From assembly GCA_965203805.1 (NCBI GenBank), contig OZ241917.1, positions 5,504,001 to 5,568,000 on the forward strand: DNA of 64,000 bases, given 5' to 3'. Under the pieces are notes generated by a model. That model worked only from the letters and a program-made list of their open reading frames with translations, was not told the DNA's origin and ran no database searches. The translations under genes were made by a program, and so were the position numbers. This document shows positions 8,441 through 17,501 of the stretch, in pieces. Source of the DNA: Candidatus Latescibacterota bacterium (GTDB lineage Bacteria; Latescibacterota; UBA2968; GCA-2709665). Each line of letters opens with the position of its first letter. The first letter of the stretch is position 1.

Positions 8441-9598
8441 GTACTTAATTGGTTAAATTAGAGTATTTTTCTTCAAGGGCTTTGGGTCGGACTTTTGTGG
8501 ATTTCCACTCGAAGGGATGTGCGTTCTCGTTGTAGGCGTCAATGAAGTGATTGATGGCGGTGCGTAAGTCTCGAATCGAGGTGAAGGAGCCGCCTTTGAG
8601 CGCGCTTCTCCACAGGATGCTGAACCAGATTTCGATCTGGTTGAGCCAGGATGCGTGGGTGGGGGTGTAGTAGAAGTGGACATTGGGATGGCGTGGCAGC
8701 CAGCGGTCATTCTTGGGCTTGTGGGTGTTCAGGTTGTCGAGGATGATGTGGAGTTCCTGATCGGGGTATTCGGCGACAAGTTCGTTCATAAAGCTCAGAA
8801 ACTGGCGTCGTTTGCGCCTTTTGTAATGCCCGGCCTTGACGAGGCCGGTGGCGACGTTCAATGCAGCGAATAACGTGGTGGTGCCGTTTCTCTTGTATTC
8901 GTGGTTAAAGCCGGTTACGGCCTTGCCGTTGGGCAGCTTGAGCCATCCCTGTACCCTTTCCAACGCCTGAATCGCGGGCTTTTCGTCGACGCACAAGACA
9001 ATCGCATTTTTGGGAGGTTCCAGATACAACCCCACGATGGCTGCGGCCTTGGTGGCAAATTCCGGATCGGTGCTGATACACCAGCTGCGCCTTCTGGCCA
9101 GCGAAATGCCGTGGTTGCGCAAGACCTGCCAGACATAGTGGACAGAAATTCCCAGCTTGTCGGCCAACAACGGACCGGTCCAGTTTCCATAGCCCTTGGG
9201 CGGGGCATCGTCCAAGGCCTCCAAAATGCGCTTTTCGCTTGACTGGTCGTACTTGGCAGGCTTGCCCGATCTCGCCTTGTCCTGCAACCCGGAAAGACCC
9301 GACTCGTGAAAGCGCCGGCGCCACTTGCACACCGTGGCCTCGCGCGTTCCCAGATCCCTGGCGATGTCCCGGTTCGCATCGCCCTGGGACGCTGAAAGAA
9401 CAATCCGGGCGCGCAGCACATAACGGTGTTGCGTCTTGCCTGAACGTGTCCAACTCAACAGCGTCTCTTTTTCCTCGTCACGCAACGTGATCAACACGGC
9501 GGGGCGGCTCATAGGCGGTCTCCTCTCCACAGTTGAACTGAGATCGATTCCCTATGAGCACAAGATATATTATTTCGCTTTTTTTGTCAAGTAAGTAC
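8441..9598 (-). mobile_element. IS630-family insertion sequence B (a different element, opposite orientation)
   Basis: Ends TA|GTACTTAATTG ... CAAGTAAGTAC|TA; TA at 8439-8440 and 9599-9600. Confidence 0.9.
8445..9512 (-). CDS. IS630-family transposase
   Basis: VLCVDEKPAIQ, ILDNLNTH, SWLNQIEIWF; AGGAG upstream of ATG 9512. Confidence 0.95.
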   Translation of the reverse strand: MSRPAVLITLRDEEKETLLSWTRSGKTQHRYVLRARIVLSASQGDANRDIARDLGTREATVCKWRRRFHESGLSGLQDKARSGKPAKYDQSSEKRILEALDDAPPKGYGNWTGPLLADKLGISVHYVWQVLRNHGISLARRRSWCISTDPEFATKAAAIVGLYLEPPKNAIVLCVDEKPAIQALERVQGWLKLPNGKAVTGFNHEYKRNGTTTLFAALNVATGLVKAGHYKRRKRRQFLSFMNELVAEYPDQELHIILDNLNTHKPKNDRWLPRHPNVHFYYTPTHASWLNQIEIWFSILWRSALKGGSFTSIRDLRTAINHFIDAYNENAHPFEWKSTKVRPKALEEKYSNLTN

Positions 9599-9606
9599 TA
9601 GATATT

Positions 9607-10557
9607 ATGTCCACCTCCAGGACCCACCCAATGGATTCCCTCAGGAAGGGCGACAGCATTCTGGATCTCATCGGCGCGACGCCCATGGTCCGGCTGAACC
9701 GGGTCGTCCGCCCTGAGGGCGCCGACGTGTGGGCCAAGCTGGAGGCGTTCAATCCGGCGGGCAGCGTGAAAGACCGGACGGCGCTGGCCATGATCGAGGC
9801 AGCCGAAGCGCGCGGCGATCTGAAGCCCGGAATGAGAATCATCGAGCCCACCAGCGGGAACACGGGCATCGGGCTGGCGATGGTCGCTGCCGTGAAGGGG
9901 TACGGGCTGACGATCACCATGCCGGAAGGCGTCAGCGACGAACGCCAGAAGCTGCTCAGGGCGCTGGGCGCCGAGGTTGTGTTGACATCGGCTTACGACG
10001 GGATGCAGGGCACCATCCAGAAAGCGCTGGAACTGGTCGAGGACGGTACGGAATGTTATCTGCCTCAACAGTTCGAGAATCCGGCCAATCCGGATGTGCA
10101 CCGCCGAACGACGGCGCGGGAGATCCTGCGGCAGATGGATGGCGCGCCCGACGTCTTCGTCGCTGGCGTGGGCACAGGCGGGACGGTCACCGGCGTGGGA
10201 GAGGTCCTGAAGGCGGAATTTCCGAAAACCTGCATTGTCGGCGTCGAACCCCAGGATTCCGCAGTGTTGTCCGGCGGACAGGCCGGACCCACGGAAATCG
10301 ACGGGCTGGGCGCCGGGATGGTCCCCGACGTTCTCAATGTGGATATCCTGGACCGCGTCATACCGGTTACCAATATACAGGCGCGCCGGATGTCCCGCAG
10401 ACTGGCGAGAGAAGAGGGCATCATTGCCGGCATTTCCTCCGGTGCGGCTGCCCATGCCGCCACAGCGGTCGCCCGCCCGATGTCGCCGGATGAACGTGTG
10501 GTCGTGATCCTGCCGGATACGGGTGAACGATATATGGACGCTTATCTCTTTGCGTAA
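9607..10557 (+). CDS. cysK: Cysteine synthase A
   Basis: NPAGSVKDR, EPTSGNTG, QQFENPAN, GVGTGGT, PDTGERY. Confidence 0.93.
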   Translation: MSTSRTHPMDSLRKGDSILDLIGATPMVRLNRVVRPEGADVWAKLEAFNPAGSVKDRTALAMIEAAEARGDLKPGMRIIEPTSGNTGIGLAMVAAVKGYGLTITMPEGVSDERQKLLRALGAEVVLTSAYDGMQGTIQKALELVEDGTECYLPQQFENPANPDVHRRTTAREILRQMDGAPDVFVAGVGTGGTVTGVGEVLKAEFPKTCIVGVEPQDSAVLSGGQAGPTEIDGLGAGMVPDVLNVDILDRVIPVTNIQARRMSRRLAREEGIIAGISSGAAAHAATAVARPMSPDERVVVILPDTGERYMDAYLFA

Positions 10558-10564
10558 ACGAGCG

Positions 10565-10614
10565 GGAAAGAAACGCGCCCGGTGTCTCAATGGACACCGG
10601 GCGCGTTTCTTTCC
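10565..10614. terminator. Probable bidirectional terminator between the convergent cysK and rpsT
   Basis: Perfect 22-bp stem GGAAAGAAACGCGCCCGGTGTC-(6 nt)-GACACCGGGCGCGTTTCTTTCC. Confidence 0.8.
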
Positions 10615-10626
10615 AGGAAAGGTCGT

Positions 10627-10878
10627 CTACAGGGCATTTGCCCGTCGCGCGAGGTCGGATTTGTACCTGGCAGCGGTGTTTCGATGCAGGACACCCTTCT
10701 TTACGCTTCTGTCTATGACCGACACCGCCTGCGGCATCAACGCTTCCATTTCCCCTCTGTCACTGGTGTTCGCCGCCTTTTTCAGGACGGTTCTCAGAGC
10801 GGAACGCGCGCTTCGATTGCGCAGCCGGGCTCTCCGGTTCTGCCGGAGCCTCTTGTGGGACGACTTTAGCGTGGGCAA
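10627..10878 (-). CDS. rpsT: 30S ribosomal protein S20
   Basis: KSSHKRLRQN...RNRSARSALRT...KKGVLHRNTAARYKS. Confidence 0.95.
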   Translation of the reverse strand: MPTLKSSHKRLRQNRRARLRNRSARSALRTVLKKAANTSDRGEMEALMPQAVSVIDRSVKKGVLHRNTAARYKSDLARRANAL

Positions 10879-11085
10879 CTCGTACCTCCTTCGCGCCCTC
10901 GAGGGCGGGAGCGGACATTTCAGATTTCATCAGATATCGAAGCGAAAAATGTAATAAAAAACGTCACCGTCCACAACAGAATTATTGAAAGTCGCTGAAT
11001 TACATATCGTTTCCACTGCGCCGTAACCGCTTTATTTCCGGACAGATCGTGGATCTTCCCGCAATGCGGATTGCCGCGCCGGTTC

Positions 11086-12006
11086 TCAATTGACCTTCAG
11101 CAGCTCAACCTCGAAGATGAGCGTCGAACCGGGCGGGATTCTGGGAATGCTGCGGTCGCCGTAGGCAAGATGGGAAGGAATGTAGAAGACGTATTTCGCG
11201 CCTTCCTTCATCAGTTGCAATCCTTCCGTCCAGCCCCGGATGACGCCGTTGAGCGGGAATGTGGCCGGTTTTCCACGTTTGATGGAGCTGTCGAATTCGG
11301 CGCCGTCGAGGAGCGTTCCCCGGTAGTGCACGGTCACCTGGTCCGTGGCGGAGGGCGACTTCCCGGTACCCTCTCTGGTCATCTTATACTGCAGTCCGCT
11401 GGGCAATTCGACGACGCCGTCCTTTGTCTTGTTTTCCGCCAGGAACTGCCTGCCCTCCTCTTTGTTCTTCATCGCCATTTCTCCAGTGTTGGGTCTCGGG
11501 CTCCGCGCCTTCATCTGCGCCCGCTGCTTTTCGATCATCTTTTCCCGCAGCGCAGCCATTGTGGCTTCGATCTCCTCTTTGGTCATCCGCGATTCTGTCT
11601 TTAATACGCGGTCCTTTACACCGAGCGAGAACGCATCGGGGTCAACTTCAATACCAGTATTCTGGCGCAGGCCGTTTACGATGTCTCTGCCCACGGCGTA
11701 ACCGAGCGAATAGTTGAGTTTCTGCGTGTCCGGTATGTCTTTCTCCTGGCGAAAGGCCAGCAGCGTCTGCTCCATTTCCTCACGGGTGTAGAGGGTCCCG
11801 CCGCCCGCCGCCGCTTCTCTGACGCCCTTTCCGTACGCATCGGCATCGAGGGAGATCTGCGTTTTTTGCAGCCCTTTCGCAACTTCCTGGCCGATCGTGA
11901 ATCCCAGGCTGTAGCTGGTTCGCTCGTTTTCGGTTGCCAGTTCCTTTTTATCGGCTTCACATGCGATGAGTAGAAGCGATACAAGCAATATCCATCCTTT
12001 TCTCAT
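11086..12006 (-). CDS. FKBP-type peptidyl-prolyl isomerase (FkpA/Mip-like lipoprotein) with two N-terminal dimerisation domains
   Basis: LLIAC lipobox; SYSLG/NYSLG repeated; VHYRGTL.DG.EFDSS, VIRGWTEGLQLM, LIFEVEL. Confidence 0.92.
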   Translation of the reverse strand: MRKGWILLVSLLLIACEADKKELATENERTSYSLGFTIGQEVAKGLQKTQISLDADAYGKGVREAAAGGGTLYTREEMEQTLLAFRQEKDIPDTQKLNYSLGYAVGRDIVNGLRQNTGIEVDPDAFSLGVKDRVLKTESRMTKEEIEATMAALREKMIEKQRAQMKARSPRPNTGEMAMKNKEEGRQFLAENKTKDGVVELPSGLQYKMTREGTGKSPSATDQVTVHYRGTLLDGAEFDSSIKRGKPATFPLNGVIRGWTEGLQLMKEGAKYVFYIPSHLAYGDRSIPRIPPGSTLIFEVELLKVN

Positions 12007-12135
12007 TGAACTCTCCTGTCTGATCGGGTGATTTCTTCGCTCGCTACGTCACATCAGCAACGGGAGCCGTGTCGAACGGGCAAAAGAGGCTGACACTTCC
12101 GTTCATAGCCCGCCGTCGAACGACGCCGTTCGTGG

Positions 12136-12903
12136 TCAACGTATGTAAATCCCTCCGTTGGCGTCGATGATTTCGCCTGTGATGAAGCTGCCCTGGTCCG
12201 ATGCGAGGAGCAGCACGGCGCCGACCATTTCCTCGGGTCGGCCGACCCGTTTCAGCGGTGTGGCTTCTCCAAAGGACTCGAGTTGCTCCGGTGTGGAGTG
12301 CCGGTGCTGCATCGGCGTGTCGATCACGCCCGGCGCCAGGGCATTGACCCGTATGCCGAACGGCGCGAGCTCTTTAGCGAGTCCCCGTGTGAAGGTATTG
12401 ACGCCGCCCTTTGCCGTGCCGTAAGGCAGGGTGCCTCCTCCTCCTCCGGTATGACCGGCCACCGACGAGATATTCACAATGGCCCCGCCGCCCTGCTCTT
12501 GCAAGGCGGGAATGGCCGCGCGGCAGCACAGGAACACACTCTTCAGGTTGACGTTGATGATGTGGTCCCACACGTCGTCCGGGCACTCCGCAATGGACAC
12601 TTTGTCCATCCACTGACCGGCGTTGTTTATCAGTACATCCAGCCGCCCGCCGAAGACTTCGAGGGTATGGTCCACCAGGCGCTGAACGTCTCCGGCGCTG
12701 CAGACGTCGGTCCTTACGGTCTCGACGCGGCCCTCCGACGTCGAGGCGTCTGCTTTGAGCGCGTCCGTGCCGGCCTTGTTGCTATTGTAGGTGGCCATGA
12801 CCGATGCGCCCTCGCTCGCCAGGGCGAGTGCGACGGCACGGCCGATCCCGCTGCTGGCGCCGGTAACGATAGCGACTCTGCCGTTGAATTGCCGGTGGCT
12901 CAT
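12136..12903 (-). CDS. SDR-family oxidoreductase
   Basis: TGASSGIG, NNAG, YGTAK. Confidence 0.92.
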   Translation of the reverse strand: MSHRQFNGRVAIVTGASSGIGRAVALALASEGASVMATYNSNKAGTDALKADASTSEGRVETVRTDVCSAGDVQRLVDHTLEVFGGRLDVLINNAGQWMDKVSIAECPDDVWDHIINVNLKSVFLCCRAAIPALQEQGGGAIVNISSVAGHTGGGGGTLPYGTAKGGVNTFTRGLAKELAPFGIRVNALAPGVIDTPMQHRHSTPEQLESFGEATPLKRVGRPEEMVGAVLLLASDQGSFITGEIIDANGGIYIR

Positions 12904-12943
12904 ATCAGTCCTCTCTCAGCGCAAGGGATTTTGAAACAGCTTC

Positions 12944-13711
12944 TCAGGGTTTGTCGAAGAGCTTCTTCCAGTCCGAAAACGCCATCTGCCCGCCGTCCGC
13001 GACAAGCGTCTGTCCGGTAATGAACCGGGCGTCTTGAGTGGTAAGAAAGTATGCAATGCCTGCGATTTCTTCCGGCTCGCCGTACCGGCCCTGAGGAATG
13101 AGCTTGAGGTAATTGTCCAGGGTCTCCCTGTCGTCCAGCAGGTCGTCGTTCGCCGGTGTGTTGATCACGCCCGGACAGATCGCGTTCACACGAACGTTGT
13201 GCGGCGCGAATTCTCCCGCGGCGGTCCGGGTAAGGGCGACGAGCGCGGCTTTGGAAGAGTCGTAGGCGGCGGAGCCCTTGCTGGAAACCATCGCGTTACG
13301 GGACGCGATGTTGACGACAACCCCGTCGCCGCGTTCGATCATGCCGGGTGCGACCTCCCGCGTCAGGACGAATGGCGCCGTGGTATTGATTCGGTAGATC
13401 TCCTCCCATCGAACCAGAGCAATGTCCACCAGGGGTTCGTAGCACCATGCGCCGGCATTGTTGACAAGTACCTCAATGGCGCCGTTCTCTCTTGCGAGGC
13501 CCGCCGCCAGTTCAGGTATGGACTCCAGATCGTTCAGGTCGAAGACGCACGGGATGACGTTGCAAACGCATCCGGCCAGCGCTTCGAGGGCGCGCTCCGA
13601 ACGGTCCAGGGCGATGACACGATCGCCTTCTGCTGAGAATCTCTCCGCAATGGCTTTGCCGATGCCGCTGCCGGCGCCGGTGACCAGCACCAGCCTTCCG
13701 GACCTGTTCAT
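12944..13711 (-). CDS. SDR-family oxidoreductase
   Basis: TGAGSGIG, NNAG, YDSSK. Confidence 0.92.
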   Translation of the reverse strand: MNRSGRLVLVTGAGSGIGKAIAERFSAEGDRVIALDRSERALEALAGCVCNVIPCVFDLNDLESIPELAAGLARENGAIEVLVNNAGAWCYEPLVDIALVRWEEIYRINTTAPFVLTREVAPGMIERGDGVVVNIASRNAMVSSKGSAAYDSSKAALVALTRTAAGEFAPHNVRVNAICPGVINTPANDDLLDDRETLDNYLKLIPQGRYGEPEEIAGIAYFLTTQDARFITGQTLVADGGQMAFSDWKKLFDKP

Positions 13712-13802
13712 GGACGAACGCCTCCGGATTGACGGACGATCCCGCGACGCGGGAAGAGCAACGACATGAATCTGCCGCCCTTTCGGGGGGTGATCGCGTC
13801 CG

Positions 13803-15005
13803 CTACAGCCAGCCCGCGACGGTCCACATGGCGCTCAGCCGGCCGTAGGGCGCGTTGAGGAGTCTTCGGGCATCCGCCACGGGATCGCCGCCGTAGGTGC
13901 GCGTGAATTCGGCACGGATCCGTTCTTCCAGGCCTGTGGTTGCCTTCAGCGGGATGTCAACCCACCCGCCCCCCGTGTCGGCGCTTTCCCGCAGCGCCAC
14001 CCACATTTCGTAGTCCAGCCGGCCACCGGTGGCGCCGTATTGCGGGTCTGTGTCGCGGGTGACGGCCGTGTGCAGGCTCTCGAGGATTGCGGCCTTCGCA
14101 ACGTCGTCCTGGCTGGAGACCCTGTACGGCTTGTAGGGATTGTCCCAGGCGACCGGAGGGTCCGTGTCCACCTGAACCCTCGCGAGGATCTGTTCTCCAT
14201 CGACTTCCTCGTATATTTCGCGAATGGGATAGGTCTCGCGCCCCGCCGGGTTGTAAAGCGTCAATTCGCCGCCCGAGAGGTAGCCGTTCAGACCTTCGAT
14301 GTCCCAGTTCATGCCGGGCGCGGCGCCGGGGACGGTGGGCATCTCGTAGATGCACGCCACGTCGTTTTCGAATTCGATCACGCCGCATTCCCACCAACGG
14401 GCCGTTTCGTCACCCCCGCCGTAGTTCTTGTAGGGCGGTACCTCTACTGCCTGCGCGTAGCCCATCGCGCGCCGGGGTCTGCTGTCCAGTATCGTCCGGA
14501 CGGCGTTCAGACCGTGGTAACTTCCCGCGGGATACCGGAGACGGGCATGGGTAAGCCTGCCCAGGATGCCTTCCCGTGCGATTTTCTGCTTGAGTCGCTC
14601 AGTGGGCCAGAGCCAGACGTTTTCGGCGACCTCCCATTTCAGTCCCCTTTCCCGTGCCGCGCGGTCAATTGCGTCCCCCACGTCCAGCGTGAGCGCATAG
14701 GGGATTTCGGTGACGATATGGCAACCGTGCGCAACGCCCGCGAGGGCCGCTACCGTCTGGCCGTCGGTGGGGAGCAGGACGAAAAAGACGTCCGGCTTCT
14801 GTTCCTCGAGCAGCGTGTCGATACACGTATAGCGGGCCGGAACGTCGAACAATTCCCCCGCCGCGTGCAGGGCGTCTTCGCCGGCGTCGCAGATCGCGCA
14901 AAGGTCATAGAGATGCGCCAGCTTACGGATCGTGGCCAGGTAGCCCCTGGCGCGCGATCCCGGCTGGGCGCCGACACCCGCAACGGCCATGCGCAGCGTG
15001 GACAT
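13803..15005 (-). CDS. Gfo/Idh/MocA-family oxidoreductase
   Basis: N-terminal Rossmann fold AVAGVG, AICD, EIP (EKP-like), VAEN. Confidence 0.8.
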   Translation of the reverse strand: MSTLRMAVAGVGAQPGSRARGYLATIRKLAHLYDLCAICDAGEDALHAAGELFDVPARYTCIDTLLEEQKPDVFFVLLPTDGQTVAALAGVAHGCHIVTEIPYALTLDVGDAIDRAARERGLKWEVAENVWLWPTERLKQKIAREGILGRLTHARLRYPAGSYHGLNAVRTILDSRPRRAMGYAQAVEVPPYKNYGGGDETARWWECGVIEFENDVACIYEMPTVPGAAPGMNWDIEGLNGYLSGGELTLYNPAGRETYPIREIYEEVDGEQILARVQVDTDPPVAWDNPYKPYRVSSQDDVAKAAILESLHTAVTRDTDPQYGATGGRLDYEMWVALRESADTGGGWVDIPLKATTGLEERIRAEFTRTYGGDPVADARRLLNAPYGRLSAMWTVAGWL

Positions 15006-15145
15006 GCGAAGGGTTCCTCGAGTATATCAGCGGCGACCGTCCCATGCGAGGCGATGACGCTGAGATCGGATCGCACGGCGCGTGATCGCGCGGCGCGGGC
15101 CTTCCACCGTGTACGGGAAAGATGGCTGAAACGCCGCAGATGCGG

Positions 15146-15955
15146 TCACGGGATGTGGTCTTCGGCGCTGTCCTGGGGGACAAAGCCGAGAACGTCCCTC
15201 GCATGGCCCATGTCTACCCAGCAGTACCTGTTGTTGGAGATGCTGTAGAAGATATCAAAGCGAAGATCGTCCGGAGCGTTGATACAGTCCTCGGTGATCT
15301 TCACGACGTCGCGCTGGCTGCACCAGACCGCGGAGAGTTCGGGGCCGGCCGGCCGGTCTTCGGCGTTGACAGCTCCGATCCGCAGGGAAATGCACGAGAG
15401 CCCGTGGACGTCGGCGTAGAATCGGGCCAGGGCTTCGCCCCAGACCTTGCTCGCGGAATAGGGTTCCGTGGGCCGCGTGGGGTCCTTGTGCGTTACGATG
15501 GGAATGGGATCGGGAACCTCGTCGAACCGGCACTCTCTGATGGCCTTGTAGGGTTCGTCGTCCTGATATCCCCAGTTGGTCATGATGGAACTGGCGTAGA
15601 TGATCCGCCGGACCCCCGCGATGCGGCACGCTTCGAAGACGTTGTAGGCGCCGATCACGTTGCTCTTGAGGATGTTGTCCCAACTCGCATCGGGCCGGGG
15701 ATCGGCGGCCATCTGGACGACCGTGTCCATGCCGTTGACGGCGTTCTGCACGGCTTCCGGGTCGGAAAGATCGGCGAGGTGGAATCTGTCGTCCGGGATG
15801 GTGAGTACACGCCCGTCGGGCGCCCGGTCGGAAGGATAGCGCCTGCGCGCGAGGGCGTAGGTGTCGTACGCGTCGGGCGACTGCATCAGATGCTCGTAGA
15901 TGGCGCCGGGAATGAGCCCGTATACGCCGGTGACGAGGACTTTTCGGCGCGGCAT
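15146..15955 (-). CDS. NAD(P)-dependent epimerase/dehydrogenase (uronate dehydrogenase-like)
   Basis: TGVYGLI, YASS, YSASKVWGE, SLRIG. Confidence 0.85.
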   Translation of the reverse strand: MPRRKVLVTGVYGLIPGAIYEHLMQSPDAYDTYALARRRYPSDRAPDGRVLTIPDDRFHLADLSDPEAVQNAVNGMDTVVQMAADPRPDASWDNILKSNVIGAYNVFEACRIAGVRRIIYASSIMTNWGYQDDEPYKAIRECRFDEVPDPIPIVTHKDPTRPTEPYSASKVWGEALARFYADVHGLSCISLRIGAVNAEDRPAGPELSAVWCSQRDVVKITEDCINAPDDLRFDIFYSISNNRYCWVDMGHARDVLGFVPQDSAEDHIP

Positions 15956-16182
15956 GTCACCTCCATAGACCGATGGTTTCGAGGGAGAAAGTGTTCCGGT
16001 TGAATAATGGGTCTTTTAAGATAAATCCATATATTCTAAATGTTTACAACGATCGTGCTGAAATTCTGAACCGATGCGGACGTCCGAACCGTACCGATTC
16101 GGCCGGCGGATCAAGGTAACGAAAGCGTGTGAATCGCGAAAGAGAAAACGCAAGCGCCCGCCTCACGCGGGAAGCGCAAAAC

Positions 16183-16370
16183 CGGTGAGACGGTAGACGT
16201 TAGACGGTAGATGACGTCCTTGCCCGATTGGATCTTTCTTAATGCCTCCGGCACGAAATGAATCCGCACCGCGCAATCACATCCTCTAACGTCTACCCTC
16301 TCCCCTCTCACCGCCTTTAGGGCACTGATATCATCTCACGTCTCACCTCTCCCGTCTCCCCGCCTTTAGG
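16183..16370 (+). repeat. Dispersed ~137-bp element with heptamer-repeat arms, plus a duplicated right arm (16329-16370)
   Basis: Arms of (AGACGKT)n and (TCTCMCS)n; homologous to the reverse complement of 62295-62431, including the core. Confidence 0.85.
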
Positions 16371-16419
16371 AAATTTGGGGAAAAGGGGGTTTTGACTTTG
16401 ATTTTCGCTTTTGATTCAA

Positions 16420-16451
16420 GCTGACGGCTGATGGCTGACGGCTGACAGCTG
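16420..16451 (+). repeat. Heptamer tandem repeat (GCTGAYR)x4
   Basis: GCTGACG GCTGATG GCTGACG GCTGACA GCTG. Confidence 0.85.
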
Positions 16452-16491
16452 CTGTTGCCGTGACCGGCCGATGGGGAGGAATTGAATTTCG

Positions 16492-16519
16492 TTGACACAC
16501 GCCGTGACGATTCTATATT
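16492..16519 (+). promoter_or_regulatory. Sigma70-type promoter for pyrH-purD-purE
   Basis: TTGACA-16 nt-TATATT. Confidence 0.6.
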
Positions 16520-16707
16520 AAATCCGTATGGCATCCAGGACGGCGCCGCCGGGCGGCGTTCCGGATCAGGAGCTCCCGATATCCCCATCGGGTCGCCTCG
16601 TGACATCGGCATAACCGGTCTCCATCGTCTGTCCCCGGACCAACCATTCTGTTTCACGAACCATCCCTCACTTTCTTCCCATCCGCACCCCGGAGTCTAC
16701 CAGAATA

Positions 16708-17442
16708 ATGAGATACAGTCGAATTGTACTTAAATTGAGCGGCGCCGCCGTCGCGGGCGATCGGGAATTCGGATTCGATCCGGTCGCGCTGGAGTACATT
16801 GCGGATGAGATCCTGGCCGTGCACAGCATGGGCGTCGGCGTGGGCGTCGTTATCGGCGGCGGCAACATTTTCAGGGGGATGCTCGGCGCACAATGGGGAA
16901 TCGAAGAGTCTGAAGCCCACAACATCGGTATGCTGGGTACGATCGTCAACAGCCTGATGTTGCGCGGCGTGATGACCGCCAGGAGCGACGCCGAAGTGCG
17001 GGTGATGACGGCAATTCCGATCAACGCGGTCGCGGAACCCTTTATCCGGTTGCGCGCCATTCACCATATCGAAAAGGGATATATCGTGATCTTCGCCGGG
17101 GGCATTGGCAATCCGTACGTGACAACGGATTATCCCGGTGTGCAGCGCGCCCTGGAAATTCGGGCCGATGCCATTCTCTTCGCGAAACACAAGACCGCCG
17201 GCGTCTACACCGACGATCCGAACAGGAGTCCCGAGGCGCGCCTGTATCGCAGCGTCGACTACGATACCGTCGTGCGGGAAAACCTGGGCGCGCTGGACCA
17301 GTCCGCGGTCATTCTTGCCCGCGACAACCGGCTCCCCATCCATGTCTTCGATTTTGACACGCGCGGGACGATGCGCCGGATTCTGGAGGGCGAAGACCTG
17401 GGTACGGTGATCGCGCATGGTTCCGGAGACGAGTTGGCATAA
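16708..17442 (+). CDS. pyrH: UMP kinase
   Basis: RIVLKLSG, VIGGGNIFRG, GNPYVTTD, GVYTDDP. Confidence 0.9.
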   Translation: MRYSRIVLKLSGAAVAGDREFGFDPVALEYIADEILAVHSMGVGVGVVIGGGNIFRGMLGAQWGIEESEAHNIGMLGTIVNSLMLRGVMTARSDAEVRVMTAIPINAVAEPFIRLRAIHHIEKGYIVIFAGGIGNPYVTTDYPGVQRALEIRADAILFAKHKTAGVYTDDPNRSPEARLYRSVDYDTVVRENLGALDQSAVILARDNRLPIHVFDFDTRGTMRRILEGEDLGTVIAHGSGDELA

Positions 17443-17501
17443 CGGCAGCCGCGAGGGATCGCGCAGGTAGAGATGAATCCGAATTCGGGGGAATCGTGCC
17501 A

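Noticed and set aside
16183-16451. Possible CRISPR array
   Set aside because: The units are contiguous 7-mers with no unique spacers, and no cas genes are in the window.
16530-16650. tRNA or purine/ZTP riboswitch in the pyrH leader
   Set aside because: No cloverleaf or T-loop, and no conserved aptamer motifs recognised.
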